64,000 nucleotides of DNA from an uncultured Ruficoccus sp. (lineage in GTDB: Bacteria > Verrucomicrobiota > Verrucomicrobiia > Opitutales > Cerasicoccaceae), in assembly GCA_965140785.1 (NCBI GenBank), contig OZ223514.1, positions 32,001 to 96,000 on the forward strand. Reading direction: 5' to 3'. A program made the translations under genes and the position numbers. Every line of letters starts with the position of its first letter. The first letter of the stretch is position 1. Shown piece by piece: positions 49,379-61,462 of this stretch. The notes beneath the pieces are model-generated. The model did no database searches. It was given only the letters and a program-made list of their open reading frames with translations, and was not told the DNA's origin.

Positions 49379-50130
49379 ATAAACGACAGGACGGCCAGTG
49401 CGCCGAAGCTGGCGATGCCGAGCACGGCAAAGAGGATCATCGCGTAGAGGTTCAGGGTGACGGTGCACACGTAAAGGGCGAGGGAGCCCACGGCGACGGC
49501 CAGGCTCTGGGGCAGTTCCCCCCAAGCCCAGTAAATATAGGTGAAGAAGCCCAGGCCCAGCATAGCCCGCACCCGGATGAGCGGGAAGGCATCCGTGGCC
49601 GAAAGCAGGCAGCACAGCAGGAAAAAGACATCCACCAGCCCCAGAATGAGCATCGGGTACTCCAGCAGGAGCGACCAGGTGCGCTCTTCCTTGATGGTCA
49701 TGACGACATCCCAGTAGGGGAAGATGTCGATGAAGGCGCACAGCGCCAACATGAGGGCCAGCGCGGGCAGAGAGATGGACGCCGCCTTGTTCATGCGCTT
49801 TTCCTGGGCTTTGAGATGCTTGGTCTCGGCGGAGGTGCCCTCTGCGGCGGCCAGCATTTCGTCCACCGTGACGGGCGGGCGGGCGGATTCGTCGCTCTCG
49901 ATAGGCGGAGGCAAGCCTCGGGCTTTGAGATGAATGCGCTTCTCTTCGGGGTGGAGGATCGGCTGGAATTCCTTCCCTTCGGAAAGGGGGCACCAGTCTT
50001 CGCGCTCCTCGTCATAATAGAGGGTGTCAGCGCTGGCGCGTCCGGCCGCGACCAAGTCGGCGATGCGTTCGGGGGTATAGGGCCCTCTGGCCTCTTCCGA
50101 GTCGGCTTCCCTGATATAGTACTCCGCCAT
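49375..50130 (-). CDS. GYF_2 (DUF4339)-domain membrane protein
   Basis: YYI......RGPYT...IADL...G....DTL.Y......W.PL, followed by about 5 TMs. Confidence 0.75.
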   Translation of the reverse strand: MAEYYIREADSEEARGPYTPERIADLVAAGRASADTLYYDEEREDWCPLSEGKEFQPILHPEEKRIHLKARGLPPPIESDESARPPVTVDEMLAAAEGTSAETKHLKAQEKRMNKAASISLPALALMLALCAFIDIFPYWDVVMTIKEERTWSLLLEYPMLILGLVDVFFLLCCLLSATDAFPLIRVRAMLGLGFFTYIYWAWGELPQSLAVAVGSLALYVCTVTLNLYAMILFAVLGIASFGALAVLSFI

Positions 50131-50381
50131 GCAGACCGTAGGATAAACCAATTGGGGTGGGTTGGAGCAAGACTAAAGGCCGTCCGGGCAACTCCTTAGG
50201 GACGCCAGGTGGCGAGCCTGAAAGGGGAGCGGGAGAAGTATGGATAATGCCCCTTTTAAACGGCTTGGATAAAGAAGTAGGATTTAACAGGAAGGCCGGA
50301 AAGCCCGAAGAGAAGGCAGGAAGAAATGGTATCAGGAGTCGTGACGGTCAACTTTCTCGGGCTCTACGGTTTGCGGTGTCG

Positions 50382-50444
50382 GGGGTAGCCGCCTTTCTGG
50401 CGGCGTAGGGGCAGCGCCCCTCATTGCCCGCGGGTGCAACCCGC
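50382..50444 (-). repeat. Second stop-anchored tri-hairpin repeat, copy I
   Basis: After the aat TAG: GCGGGT-tgc-ACCCGC ... AGGGGC-gct-GCCCCT ac GCCGCC-agaaa-GGCGGC. Confidence 0.75.
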
Positions 50445-51115
50445 CTACCATTTGCCCATGCGGGTGGGGGCGGCGACGGCGTTGGCAAGCGTCCGTAGGA
50501 AGGTCTCCCGCTCCCAGCAAGTAGCGCCGAAGCTGGCCAGGTAGCGGGTGGGCTGCTGGCAATCGATGAGCTGGAACTCCCCACTGGCGCAGCCGCTCGA
50601 CCAGCCGGACGAAGGCGACCTTGGAGGCGTTGGGCACGCGATGGAAACATACTTTCGCCGAAAAAGGCGGCCCCGAGGCTGACCCCGTACAGACCCCCGG
50701 CCAGCTTGCCCTCGTGCCAGCACTCCACGCTGTGGGCGTAGCCGGCGGTGTACAGTTCCTGATAGGCCTTTATCATCTCATCGACGATCCAGGTGCCGTC
50801 CTGACCAGGGCGGTTGGCCCGGGCGCAGCCGCGGATGACCTGCCCGAAAGCCTGGTCGAAGGTGACTTCCCAGCAGTCTTTTTTCAACTCCTTGGCCAGA
50901 CTGTGGGAGACTTTCAGCTCGCGCGGCAGCAGGACGAAGCGCGGGTCCGGGCACCACCACAGGATCGGCTCGCCGGCATTGTACCAGGGGAAAATGCCCC
51001 GGCTGTAGGCTTCGATCAAGCGCAGCACAGAGAGGTCGCCCCCCGACGGCCAGGGGGGGCGTCGGCGGGGGGCGTCTCGAGGATCAGGAAAAGCGTTTGT
51101 AAAACGCGGCTGCAT
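50445..51115 (-). CDS. aat: Leucyl/phenylalanyl-tRNA--protein transferase (several apparent frameshifts)
   Basis: GGDLS..RLIEAYSRGIFPW, WWCPDPR, HSVECW, GGLYG, FGESMF. NASKVA and IDCQQ lie in shifted frames. Confidence 0.9.
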
Positions 51116-51146
51116 GCTTCAATATATCCTATTTTAGCGAAAACGT

Positions 51147-51530
51147 ATGCCGCAACACCAGAACGAACCCGCCCGCGACCCGATTGCCCTGGTCGAAGAG
51201 GGCGACCTTTGACTTTACCCTGGGGGATAACGAGGAGGCGCTGCGCAAGCTGCGCCGCGCCCAGGGACATGGCGCCTGCCTGCTTCGAGGCCTGGCACGC
51301 GATGACCGAGGTTTATGTCTCCATGGAGGACTACGAGCGCGCCCTGGCGGCCGCGACCCGCGCCTTTGAGATCAAGCCCGACGACATCCACATCAACACC
51401 AGCCTCTCGCGCATTTGGATGCACAAGGGCGACAAGAAGATGGCCGAGCACTTCGGGGCCAAGGCCCCGCACCCTCGGCTGGAAGGAAGAGCTTAGCTCG
51501 GATGAGGACAATGAGCCCGGCCCGGCCTGA
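51147..51530 (+). CDS. Small TPR protein (apparent frameshifts)
   Basis: Joined frames give ...EEALRKLRRA...FEAWHAMTEVY...YERALAAATRAFEIKPDDIHINTSLSRIW...LGWKEEL. Confidence 0.65.
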
Positions 51531-51602
51531 TTTTAGGGTTCCCATCCGGGCCATTTCCTTTGCACAATACCTGCTGACCATTGAGGACGACTCCCGACAC
51601 CT

Positions 51603-52573
51603 ATGAGTAAAGCTACTTTCACCCTGGACTTTGAGAAGCCGATCCAACTCCTGCGCGACCAGCTCGAAGAGCTGCGCAAAAGCTCCGCCGAGAGCAACAT
51701 GGACGTTGCGGACGAGATTCGCGCCATCGAGGCGAAAATCACCGAGACCAAGAAGCGCGTCCACGCCGACCTCACGCCCTGGCAGAAGGTCCAGCTCGCC
51801 CGCCATCCGCAGCGGCCCTACACGCTCGACTACATCGGGCAGCTGTTCGAAGACTTTCAGGAGTTGCACGGGGACCGACAGTTCCGCGACGACCGCGCGA
51901 TCGTCGGCGGCACCGCGCTCTTCGACGGGCGCCCCGGTCATGGTCATCGGCCAGCAGAAGGGGCGCACGACCAAGGAGAATCTCGCCCGCAACTTCGGCT
52001 GCCCCAACCCTGAAGGCTACCGCAAGGCCCTGCGCCTGATGAAAATGGCCGAAAAATTCGGCATGCCCGTACTTTGCCTGATCGACACGCCCGGAGCCTA
52101 TCCGGGTGTCGGGGCCGAGGAGCGCCACGTGGCGGAGGCCATCGCGGTCAACATTCGCGAGATGAGCAACCTGCGTGTGCCGATCATCGCCACCGTCATC
52201 GGCGAGGGTGGTTCCGGCGGCGCGCTCGGTATCGCCGTGGCCGACCGCGTGCTCATCCTCCAGAACGCCTACTACTCGGTCATTTCGCCCGAAGGCTGCG
52301 CGGCCATCCTCTGGAAGGGACCGTTCGCACTCGGCCCCGCGCGGCTGAAGCGCTCAAGATCACGGCGGACAAACTCCTGGAGCTGGGCATCGTGGACGAA
52401 ATCATTGACGAGCCCCCTCGGCGGCGCCCACACCGACCGCGAGACCACGGGCGAAAATTTCCGCGCCGTCCTCAAGCGCCAGCTCGACGAAGTCTCCGGC
52501 CTGAGCCAGGAGAAGATGCTCGACGCCCGCTACGACAAGTTCCGCAAGATGGGCGTGTTTTGCAGAGGCGTAA
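51603..52573 (+). CDS. accA: Acetyl-CoA carboxylase carboxyltransferase alpha (several apparent frameshifts)
   Basis: [67 protein letters not shown], spread over 3 frames. Confidence 0.93.
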
Positions 52574-52723
52574 GTTGCCTGCTAGTGTACCGAGTGGTAA
52601 GTGTTCGGCATAATTGGGTGGTCCGGTTTTGATGCTTTGCTTCTGCGATTGGCGCGGGCTGCGTAAGCCCGCAATCAATAGGCCGCGAACTTCAAATTCG
52701 GGACACTAGATATTGCTGGAGGG

Positions 52724-53508
52724 TTACAGCTCCAGCCGCAGTCCGTCGTAGGCGAGGTTCACGCCGTCGGGGAGCTTGGCGGACCAGGTATCGTGGTCGA
52801 CTTGGAAGGTCAGGTGGGTGAGCCAGGTTCTGGGGGGGCGCCGAATTTTTTGGGCGGCTTCGATGGCCTCGCCGATGCTCATGTGGCTTGGGTGTTCGCT
52901 CGGGCGCAACCCGTCTAGGGCGACCGCGTCGGCCCCGACGGCCAGCTCATAGCCGCGCTCGGTGATCTCTTTGCAATCGTTGTAATAGACGAATTTGCTG
53001 CCGCTGGATTTCTCCACGAAGACCAGCCCGAGCGTCTCGAAGGTGCCGTGCGGGAGCAGGGGTGGAGTAAATGGTCCCGCCGGGCACTTCTAGTTTTTCG
53101 GGCATCATGACGGGGCGGAAGGCGGCATAGCCCTTACGCACCGGCTTCTCCCCGATGGCGTAGGGGAAAACCTGGCTCACGCGGCCCAGGCCCTCCTCGG
53201 AGCCAAAGACCTCGATCGCGCTAAAATTGCGCAGGTCGCAGAAGCGCCGCAGGTCGTCCATACCCATGAGATGGTCGGCGTGGCCGTGGGTGAGGATAAA
53301 GGTATCGATTTGGCGCAGGTCGTGGCGCAGGCATTGTATGCGGAATTCCGGCCCGGCGTCGATCTGGACGTGCCAGCCGTCCATGACGATGTGCATGGCG
53401 CAGCGGGTGCGCCAGTTTTTTCGGGTTGGTCAGGTCGCAGCCCTCGTTGTCGTGCGCGATCATGGGGACGCCCTGTGAAGTACCCGTGCCTAGAAATGTG
53501 ACTTCCAT
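52724..53508 (-). CDS. PhnP/YycJ-like metallo-beta-lactamase-fold hydrolase (apparent frameshifts)
   Basis: FLGTGTSQGVP, IDAGPEFR, THGHADH, THLT, LAYDGL, spread over 3 frames. Confidence 0.88.
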
Positions 53509-53701
53509 ATGCCTGAGACCATGCAATAGACGGTCCCTCTCAGACGGAAGCAAAAACCGCGCCGTGACCGAGTCTTAACGGGTGTGCCCGGTGAAAGAAA
53601 AACGCCTTTGAGCCCTAGTGGCGCCGACGGTGTTTTACTGGCGGGCGGAAAAATGCGGGTCCATGCTGGCCAGGCAGGCTGAAATGGGACAGACTGTGGG
53701 C

Positions 53702-54400
53702 ATGAGCACCGCTGATTCCCGGAAAATCCTCATCACCGGCGTGACCCGCGGCCTCGGGCGGGCGCTGGTGGAAAAGTTCACCGCTCTCGGCCACACCGTG
53801 ATCGGCTGCGGCCGGCGTTTCGAGGCGGTGGAAGCCGTGCGGCGCGAGCTCGATCCCGACCCGTACCTTTCCCTTGTCGATGTGCTCGACGCCGAGGCCG
53901 TGCAGGCTTGGGCACTCGATGTTCAGGATCGCTTCGGGCCGCCGGACCTGTTGATCAACAACGCCGGGGTGGCACACGAGAACCAGCCCTTCTGGGAGCT
54001 GCCCAAGGAGGACTATGACCGGGTGATCGACATCAACGTGAAAGGCCCGGCCAACGTCATGCGGGCTTTTCTGCCGGGGATGATCGCGCGCGGCAGCGGA
54101 ATCGTGGTTAACATCAGCTCCGGGGTGGTCCACGGCGTGGTCGAGCACTATGCCGCTTACATCGCCTCCAAGCACGCCGTCGAGGGCCTGAGCAAAGCCG
54201 TCGCCAAGGACTTGCCCGATGGCCTGGCTTGCATCCCGCTCTCGCCGGGGGTGATCGACACGGACATGCTCCGCGGCCACTGGGGCGAGAAGCGTTCCGG
54301 CGAGCAGGACGGTGCCACCGCCTGGGCCGAATACGCCGCCCCCTACATCCTCGGCCTCACCGTCGAGCAGAGCGGCGAATCCCTCCGCATCCCGCAATAG
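53702..54400 (+). CDS. Short-chain dehydrogenase/reductase
   Basis: ITGVTRGLG, NNAG, YIASK, SPGVIDT. Confidence 0.9.
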   Translation: MSTADSRKILITGVTRGLGRALVEKFTALGHTVIGCGRRFEAVEAVRRELDPDPYLSLVDVLDAEAVQAWALDVQDRFGPPDLLINNAGVAHENQPFWELPKEDYDRVIDINVKGPANVMRAFLPGMIARGSGIVVNISSGVVHGVVEHYAAYIASKHAVEGLSKAVAKDLPDGLACIPLSPGVIDTDMLRGHWGEKRSGEQDGATAWAEYAAPYILGLTVEQSGESLRIPQ

Positions 54401-54407
54401 CAGGGCA

Positions 54408-54471
54408 GCAGGGATAGCCCTGCACCCGTGATCCTGCGGATCACTGATGGCATTTTCTGGGGAAATGCCAT
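54408..54471 (+). repeat. Tri-hairpin dispersed repeat, copy C
   Basis: GCAGGG-atag-CCCTGC accc GTGATCC-tgc-GGATCAC tg ATGGCATTTT-ctggg-GAAATGCCAT, 7 nt after TAG. Confidence 0.85.
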
Positions 54472-54583
54472 GGGTTGACTGATCGGAAGCTCACTTTCGA
54501 TCAGTCGTTTTACGTTGGTTGCTGCCTAGGAGCTCAACTCTTCATCGGGCAGCTACGTTCGTTGCTCCAGGCAATCGCAGATA

Positions 54584-54643
54584 CGATGCGCAGCATCGAA
54601 AGTGCAGACTTGGTCTGCCGCGGGTCTGGGCTGCGTAAGCCCG
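54584..54643 (-). repeat. Tri-hairpin dispersed repeat, copy G
   Basis: Minus strand: GGGCT-tacgc-AGCCC ... GCAGAC-caa-GTCTGC actt tCGATGC-tgc-GCATCG. Confidence 0.8.
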
Positions 54644-54649
54644 GAAAAC

Positions 54650-54680
54650 AAAAAAAACCGGGGTCCTTGCGGACCCCGGC
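54650..54680 (-). terminator. Intrinsic terminator of amtB-glnK
   Basis: aaaaaaaaccggggtcc-ttgc-ggaccccgg. Confidence 0.85.
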
Positions 54681-54710
54681 CTGGGTAAAGGAACTTTCGG
54701 GTAAGGAGCC

Positions 54711-55067
<357 letters not shown>

Positions 55068-55113
55068 TTAATATTCAGATAGGTTACGTGGAATCAAGGT
55101 AAATTCCACCCGA

Positions 55114-56505
55114 TTAGCCCTTCGTGGCGCCCGCGAAGTCCGGATAGGACTCCTGACCGTGCTCGCCGATGTCGAGACCTTCGAATTCTTCTTCTTCGCT
55201 CACACGGACACCCATGATGGCCTTGATCACGCCGAAGATGATGAGGGAGGCGATGAACGCTGTGATGGAAACCGCGGCGGTACCGATCAGCTGCCAGATG
55301 AAGGTGACACCGTCAGCGGCGGCAGCGGCGCCACCGAAGAGAGCTACCGCGATGGTGCCGAAGTTACCGCAGATACCGTGAACGGAGACGGCACCGACCG
55401 GGTCGTCGATCTTGATCTTGTCGAAGAACAGAACCGCGACTACGACGATGATACCGGCGAGAATACCGACTACAACCGAACCCCAGGGGGAGATGTAGTT
55501 AGCACCGGCGGTGATGCCGACGAGACCGGCGAGAATGCCGTTCAGGCCCATGGAGAGGTCAGGCTTCTTGAGGAGAATCCAGGAGGTGAACATGCCGCCC
55601 AGGCCACCGGCACAACCGGCCAGCGTGGTGGTCACAAACACGAAGGAAACTGCCTGCGGGTCGGCGTTGAGGACCGAACCACCGTTGAACCCGAACCAGC
55701 CGAAGAACAGCATAAACACACCGATGGTGGCCAGCGGCATGGAGTGGCCGAGGATCGGCTTGATCTTGCCGTCAACATACTTGCCTTTGCGGGCGCCAAG
55801 GATGATCACAGCAGCCAGAGCGGCGTAACCGCCGAAGGCGTGGACCAGCGAGGAGCCGGCGAAGTCGGCGAAGCCGTGGGCGTCGAGCCAGCCACCGCCC
55901 CATTCCCAGGAACCGGTGATCGGATAGATGAAGCAAACCAGGATCGTGGCGTAGATCATGAAGCTGGAGAGCTTCACGCGCTCGGCCACGGCACCTGAGA
56001 CGATGGTCGCGGCGGTGGCGGCGAACATGGCCTGGAAGATGAAGTCGGCCCAATAGGTGTAGTCTGCGTAGGAGTTCGTCATGTTGGCGAAGACATCCGC
56101 ACCTTCAAAGCCGTTGGCAATCAGGCCGCCAGCGGCTACGAAGCCGTTGAAATCTCCGGGATACATGGCGTTGAAACCCCACAGGGCGTAAACGATGACC
56201 CCCATGCAGACGATGAACACGTTCTTGAACAGAATGTTCACCGTGTTCTTGCTCTGGGTCAGGCCAGTCTCCACGCAGGAGAAGCCGAGGTGCATAATGA
56301 AGACCAGCGCTGCGGAGATCAGGATCCACAGGTTGCTGACCGTGAAAAAGTCAGCGGCGGGGGTCGTCATGAAGCCTTCATAGGTCTCAAGAGCGGCACC
56401 CTCGGTCAGTTTATCGACTTCCTGTGCCATGGAGCTGGAGCTGGCGACAAAAGCCAAGCCGAGCATGAGCAGCAGAAACTTCCAGAATCTGAGTTTAGTT
56501 ATCAT
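55114..56505 (-). CDS. amtB: Ammonium transporter
   Basis: FQAMFAATAATIVSGAVAER, DFAGS..VH, GWFGFNGGS, DDPVGAVSVHG. Confidence 0.96.
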   Translation of the reverse strand: MITKLRFWKFLLLMLGLAFVASSSSMAQEVDKLTEGAALETYEGFMTTPAADFFTVSNLWILISAALVFIMHLGFSCVETGLTQSKNTVNILFKNVFIVCMGVIVYALWGFNAMYPGDFNGFVAAGGLIANGFEGADVFANMTNSYADYTYWADFIFQAMFAATAATIVSGAVAERVKLSSFMIYATILVCFIYPITGSWEWGGGWLDAHGFADFAGSSLVHAFGGYAALAAVIILGARKGKYVDGKIKPILGHSMPLATIGVFMLFFGWFGFNGGSVLNADPQAVSFVFVTTTLAGCAGGLGGMFTSWILLKKPDLSMGLNGILAGLVGITAGANYISPWGSVVVGILAGIIVVVAVLFFDKIKIDDPVGAVSVHGICGNFGTIAVALFGGAAAAADGVTFIWQLIGTAAVSITAFIASLIIFGVIKAIMGVRVSEEEEFEGLDIGEHGQESYPDFAGATKG

Positions 56506-56570
56506 GATATGTTTAGGGTTTGTTTGAAATCAGAGCGTATGCTTCTGTTTGAGTTTAGGCGGGAGAATAT

Positions 56571-56587
56571 AGCAGCGTGCGTGCCAA
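56571..56587 (-). promoter_or_regulatory. Sigma-54 (-24/-12) promoter of amtB-glnK
   Basis: Minus strand TTGGCACGCACGCTGCT matches TGGCAC-N5-YTGC, about 65 bp upstream of the amtB start. Confidence 0.75.
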
Positions 56588-56823
56588 CCTGTTCTCCACG
56601 GAAGGTAACGGGCAAAAAATGATGCCGTACCGGTCCCGCGAGCTGGGGCGTCTCAGCGCCGGCTGCGGGTAAGTCGTTACCGATGAGTACCTAAGCAGCT
56701 CCTGGGCCGATCGGGAGAGTTGGGATAAATTTCTGTTAAAAGATCGGTAAAAGACGAATCTGTCCCTGAAAACCGTCCGCTCCAGTGAGAGCCAAGGGAC
56801 GGGAGCCGATTAAATGTACGCAC

Positions 56824-56860
56824 AAAAAAGCCCCGCACGGCTCTGGGCCATGCGGGGCTT
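56824..56860 (-). terminator. Intrinsic terminator of aspS
   Basis: aaaaaagccccgca...tgcggggctt. Confidence 0.8.
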
Positions 56861-56927
56861 GACGGGTGTTAAAAATATGAGCGTCCGCCTCTGTTGGTGG
56901 GTGAGGCGGCCGCCTTAAATTTTGCGC

Positions 56928-58727
<1,800 letters not shown>

Positions 58728-58961
58728 GGCAGAAAAGCCAGAGAGTCACGCAAAACAGAACGCATGAGGCAAGGCGGAAGTTCGGGGTGCGTGGCTGCGC
58801 TCGACAAACGTTCGGCATGATATCCGAAGAAAAGCTCCAGCCTCATGCTTGGCCGCGACTCACCCTGGTGGCTGGCAGGGGATGGCGCCTCCAGGCGGAA
58901 CTGGCGTACGGTGCCCGATGGATGCCCTGCCGACATCCCGAACGGCCTGGAGGATAGGCTA

Positions 58962-58991
58962 TTGACCCGGGCGTTATGTATGATATAAAAT
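58962..58991 (+). promoter_or_regulatory. Candidate sigma-70 promoter for the PEP-CTERM gene
   Basis: TTGACC, then TGaTATAAA (extended -10, 16-nt spacing). Confidence 0.4.
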
Positions 58992-59024
58992 CCAAACACC
59001 CTGTAACCCCAACCAAACGGAATA

Positions 59025-59786
59025 ATGAACGAACACCCCTGCGTCATCCGCTCCTTGTGCTCCACGCCAAAGCGATTGGCGGGCCTTGCGCTCGTCGTCT
59101 CCTTAGCCGCCATGCCGGTGGCTAATGCCGCCATCACCCTGAGCTTTACCTATGATGCTGCTGCCGGCACCATCGTGATCCAGGAGACCGGCTCGGCCTC
59201 GCCGGAGAGCACGGGCGGCGGTCGGGTCGATCCTGAAACCTCCGTTGACTTTTCGGGCGGCATCTTTGTGAACCATCTGGGTTGTAATATCGCATCGACC
59301 AATGATCTCCTCGAGAGAGATGGACCGTGGGTCAGTGGCCAGGGGCTCGTGCTCTACAGCGAGGCCACCCATAGCGAGACCACCGAGTCCGTAGCCATGT
59401 TTCACTACAGCGAATCCGGACTGGTCCCGACGACCTCGACCGGCAGCGACGTGATCGTGTTCTACCTCAGTAACAACGGTGAGCACCCCGAGCTCTTCGA
59501 CATCCTCGTCAGGCACGACACAGGGAGCAACTCGCTCATCCCATGGGATACGGCAACGATCACGTTTACTGAGTCCAGCGAGGGCGCGCTGGCGCAGTTT
59601 TGGTCGGACCTGTCCGTTGCGATCGGCAGCGGTCTTTATTATGCGACCGCACCCGAGGCGGAGCACTTTCTTGAGATCAAGGCCGTGACGATTAATGTCC
59701 CCGAACCGCGCACCTACGCGGCTATGCTGGGGAGTGCCTGTTTGCTGGGGCTCGTGCTGAACCGGAGGCGTGCTGCCCGTCGTTAG
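59025..59786 (+). CDS. PEP-CTERM sorting-domain surface protein
   Basis: Signal peptide (ANA|AITLSF), tail VPEPRTYAAMLGSACLLGLVLNRRRAARR. Confidence 0.9.
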   Translation: MNEHPCVIRSLCSTPKRLAGLALVVSLAAMPVANAAITLSFTYDAAAGTIVIQETGSASPESTGGGRVDPETSVDFSGGIFVNHLGCNIASTNDLLERDGPWVSGQGLVLYSEATHSETTESVAMFHYSESGLVPTTSTGSDVIVFYLSNNGEHPELFDILVRHDTGSNSLIPWDTATITFTESSEGALAQFWSDLSVAIGSGLYYATAPEAEHFLEIKAVTINVPEPRTYAAMLGSACLLGLVLNRRRAARR

Positions 59787-59840
59787 GGTCCGGCTGTATC
59801 AGCAATCTGCCTGCCGCGAGTGTGTGGCTGCGTGCAGTGC

Positions 59841-60293
59841 CTACGCCTCCAGCAGCAGCTTCGGGATCGCTGCGTTACGGTGGCGGAAGATGCCCGCGAC
59901 CTGGCGTTTGATGATCGGGTAGGCGAGGTCGCCCAGCGGGGTGAGGGGAAGCTCGTAGGTGACATCGTCGAGGATGCGAGTACGTCCGCCGAGGTTCTCG
60001 AAGCGGTGACGGTGGACCCAGGTTTTGTAAGGCCCCTTGATCTGCTCATCGACAAATTCGTGCGGCGGGTCCCAGACTGGGATGCGCGTGCGCCAGCGCA
60101 TGGGCAGGCCAGAAAGCTTGATGCGGTAGTCGATCAGCGTCCCGGCCCGCATCTCGATCGGCAGCGGGGTGAGAATCTCGAAGCCGAGGCTGTCCGGCGT
60201 GATGCGCTGGAGGTTCTTTGCGTCCGCGAAAAACGCGAACACCTGCTCCGCCGGTAGCGGCAGTTCCAGCTCGGCATGGAGATGGTGGCGCAT
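59841..60293 (-). CDS. SRPBCC/START-domain protein
   Basis: VFAFFADAKNLQRITP, W.TRI..WDPPHEFVDEQIKGPYKTWVHRHRF, IFRHR. Confidence 0.88.
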   Translation of the reverse strand: MRHHLHAELELPLPAEQVFAFFADAKNLQRITPDSLGFEILTPLPIEMRAGTLIDYRIKLSGLPMRWRTRIPVWDPPHEFVDEQIKGPYKTWVHRHRFENLGGRTRILDDVTYELPLTPLGDLAYPIIKRQVAGIFRHRNAAIPKLLLEA

Positions 60294-60500
60294 AGGGGTA
60301 TCATCGGCGAGAATCCACGGGAAATAAAGCGGCACCGGGTGAATTCCGGGTAAATTCGTGGATTCAGGGATGCATAAACTCGAAAATGAAGGGTATGGGC
60401 GGCATCCGGTTGTGCGGCGGGTATCGCTTCCCTTTACGGCTTCCACAAATTTATGAATTCATCCTGTTCAAGTGCAGGACGGCTTCCTACAATCGGGACC

Positions 60501-61196
60501 ATGAAACTGACGTATTTCGGCCATTCCGCCTGTTTGCTTGAAACCTCGGAGCACAAGCTGCTCTTCGACCCCTTCCTCTCCGACAACCCCCTCTGCGACA
60601 TCAAGCCGGAGGATGTGAAGTGCGATTACATCCTGCTCACGCACGGGCACACGGACCACTATGGCGACACCGAGGCCATCGCCAAGGCCAACGACGCGCC
60701 CGTCATCGCCACCTTCGAGCTGGCCTCCTTCTGCGGGTCGAAGGGCCTGCGCACCGTCCCGATGAATCTCGGGGGTGCTTCGGAGTTTCCTTTCGGGCAC
60801 GTCAAGCTGACCACCGCGCATCACAGCTCCAGCTACCCGGGGCCGGACGGACTACCCATCTACATGGGTGAGCCGGCGGGCATTCTCGTCATGTCCGAGG
60901 GGCAGACTTTTTATCATGCCGGGGATACCGCGCTGACCATGGACATGAAGCTGACCGGCGAGCAGCACGAGATCGATCTGGCCCTGCTGCCCATCGGCGG
61001 GCATTTCACCATGGGCATCCCCGAGGCGCTCAAGGCCGTCTCGTTCCTCAAGGCCAAACGTGTCGTGCCCTGCCACTACAACACCTTCCCGCCCATCGAG
61101 ACCGATCCGTGGGCCTTCGTCTCCAGGCTGGCCGAGACCGAGGACATCGTCTGCGAAGGCCACGTCCTCGCCCCCGGCGAGTCGATGAGCTTTTAG
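60501..61196 (+). CDS. UPF0173 metal-dependent hydrolase (MBL fold)
   Basis: YFGHSA, DPFL..NP, THGHTDH, AHHSS, YHAGDT, PIGG.FTM, PCHYNTFP. Confidence 0.9.
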   Translation: MKLTYFGHSACLLETSEHKLLFDPFLSDNPLCDIKPEDVKCDYILLTHGHTDHYGDTEAIAKANDAPVIATFELASFCGSKGLRTVPMNLGGASEFPFGHVKLTTAHHSSSYPGPDGLPIYMGEPAGILVMSEGQTFYHAGDTALTMDMKLTGEQHEIDLALLPIGGHFTMGIPEALKAVSFLKAKRVVPCHYNTFPPIETDPWAFVSRLAETEDIVCEGHVLAPGESMSF

Positions 61197-61462
61197 GGGA
61201 CGGGATTTTGCTTACCGCAAAGACGCCAAGGGCGCAAAGCGCTGGCGCTGGCTATCGGGCCCGATGGGGTGGACCGGGACGGCTCCCTGTTTGCCTGCGC
61301 GCTTTTATGCCGCTTCGACCGTTTACCTGAACAGGGCCTAAGAACGCAAAATATTCTTCGTATAGCCGTAATTGTGGATACAAAAAAACAGCGTGGCCAC
61401 TCTGACCACACCGCTTTTTTCAGGTAAAGTTTTCGGGCGGAACACCCTGCCGAGACGACCGC

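Noticed and set aside
51603..52573. Programmed ribosomal frameshifting or true pseudogene in accA
   Set aside because: Multiple homopolymer indels shared with four neighbouring unrelated genes are better explained by consensus error.
56590..56820. Possible riboswitch/ncRNA upstream of amtB
   Set aside because: No recognisable aptamer consensus, and it lies upstream of the predicted sigma-54 promoter.
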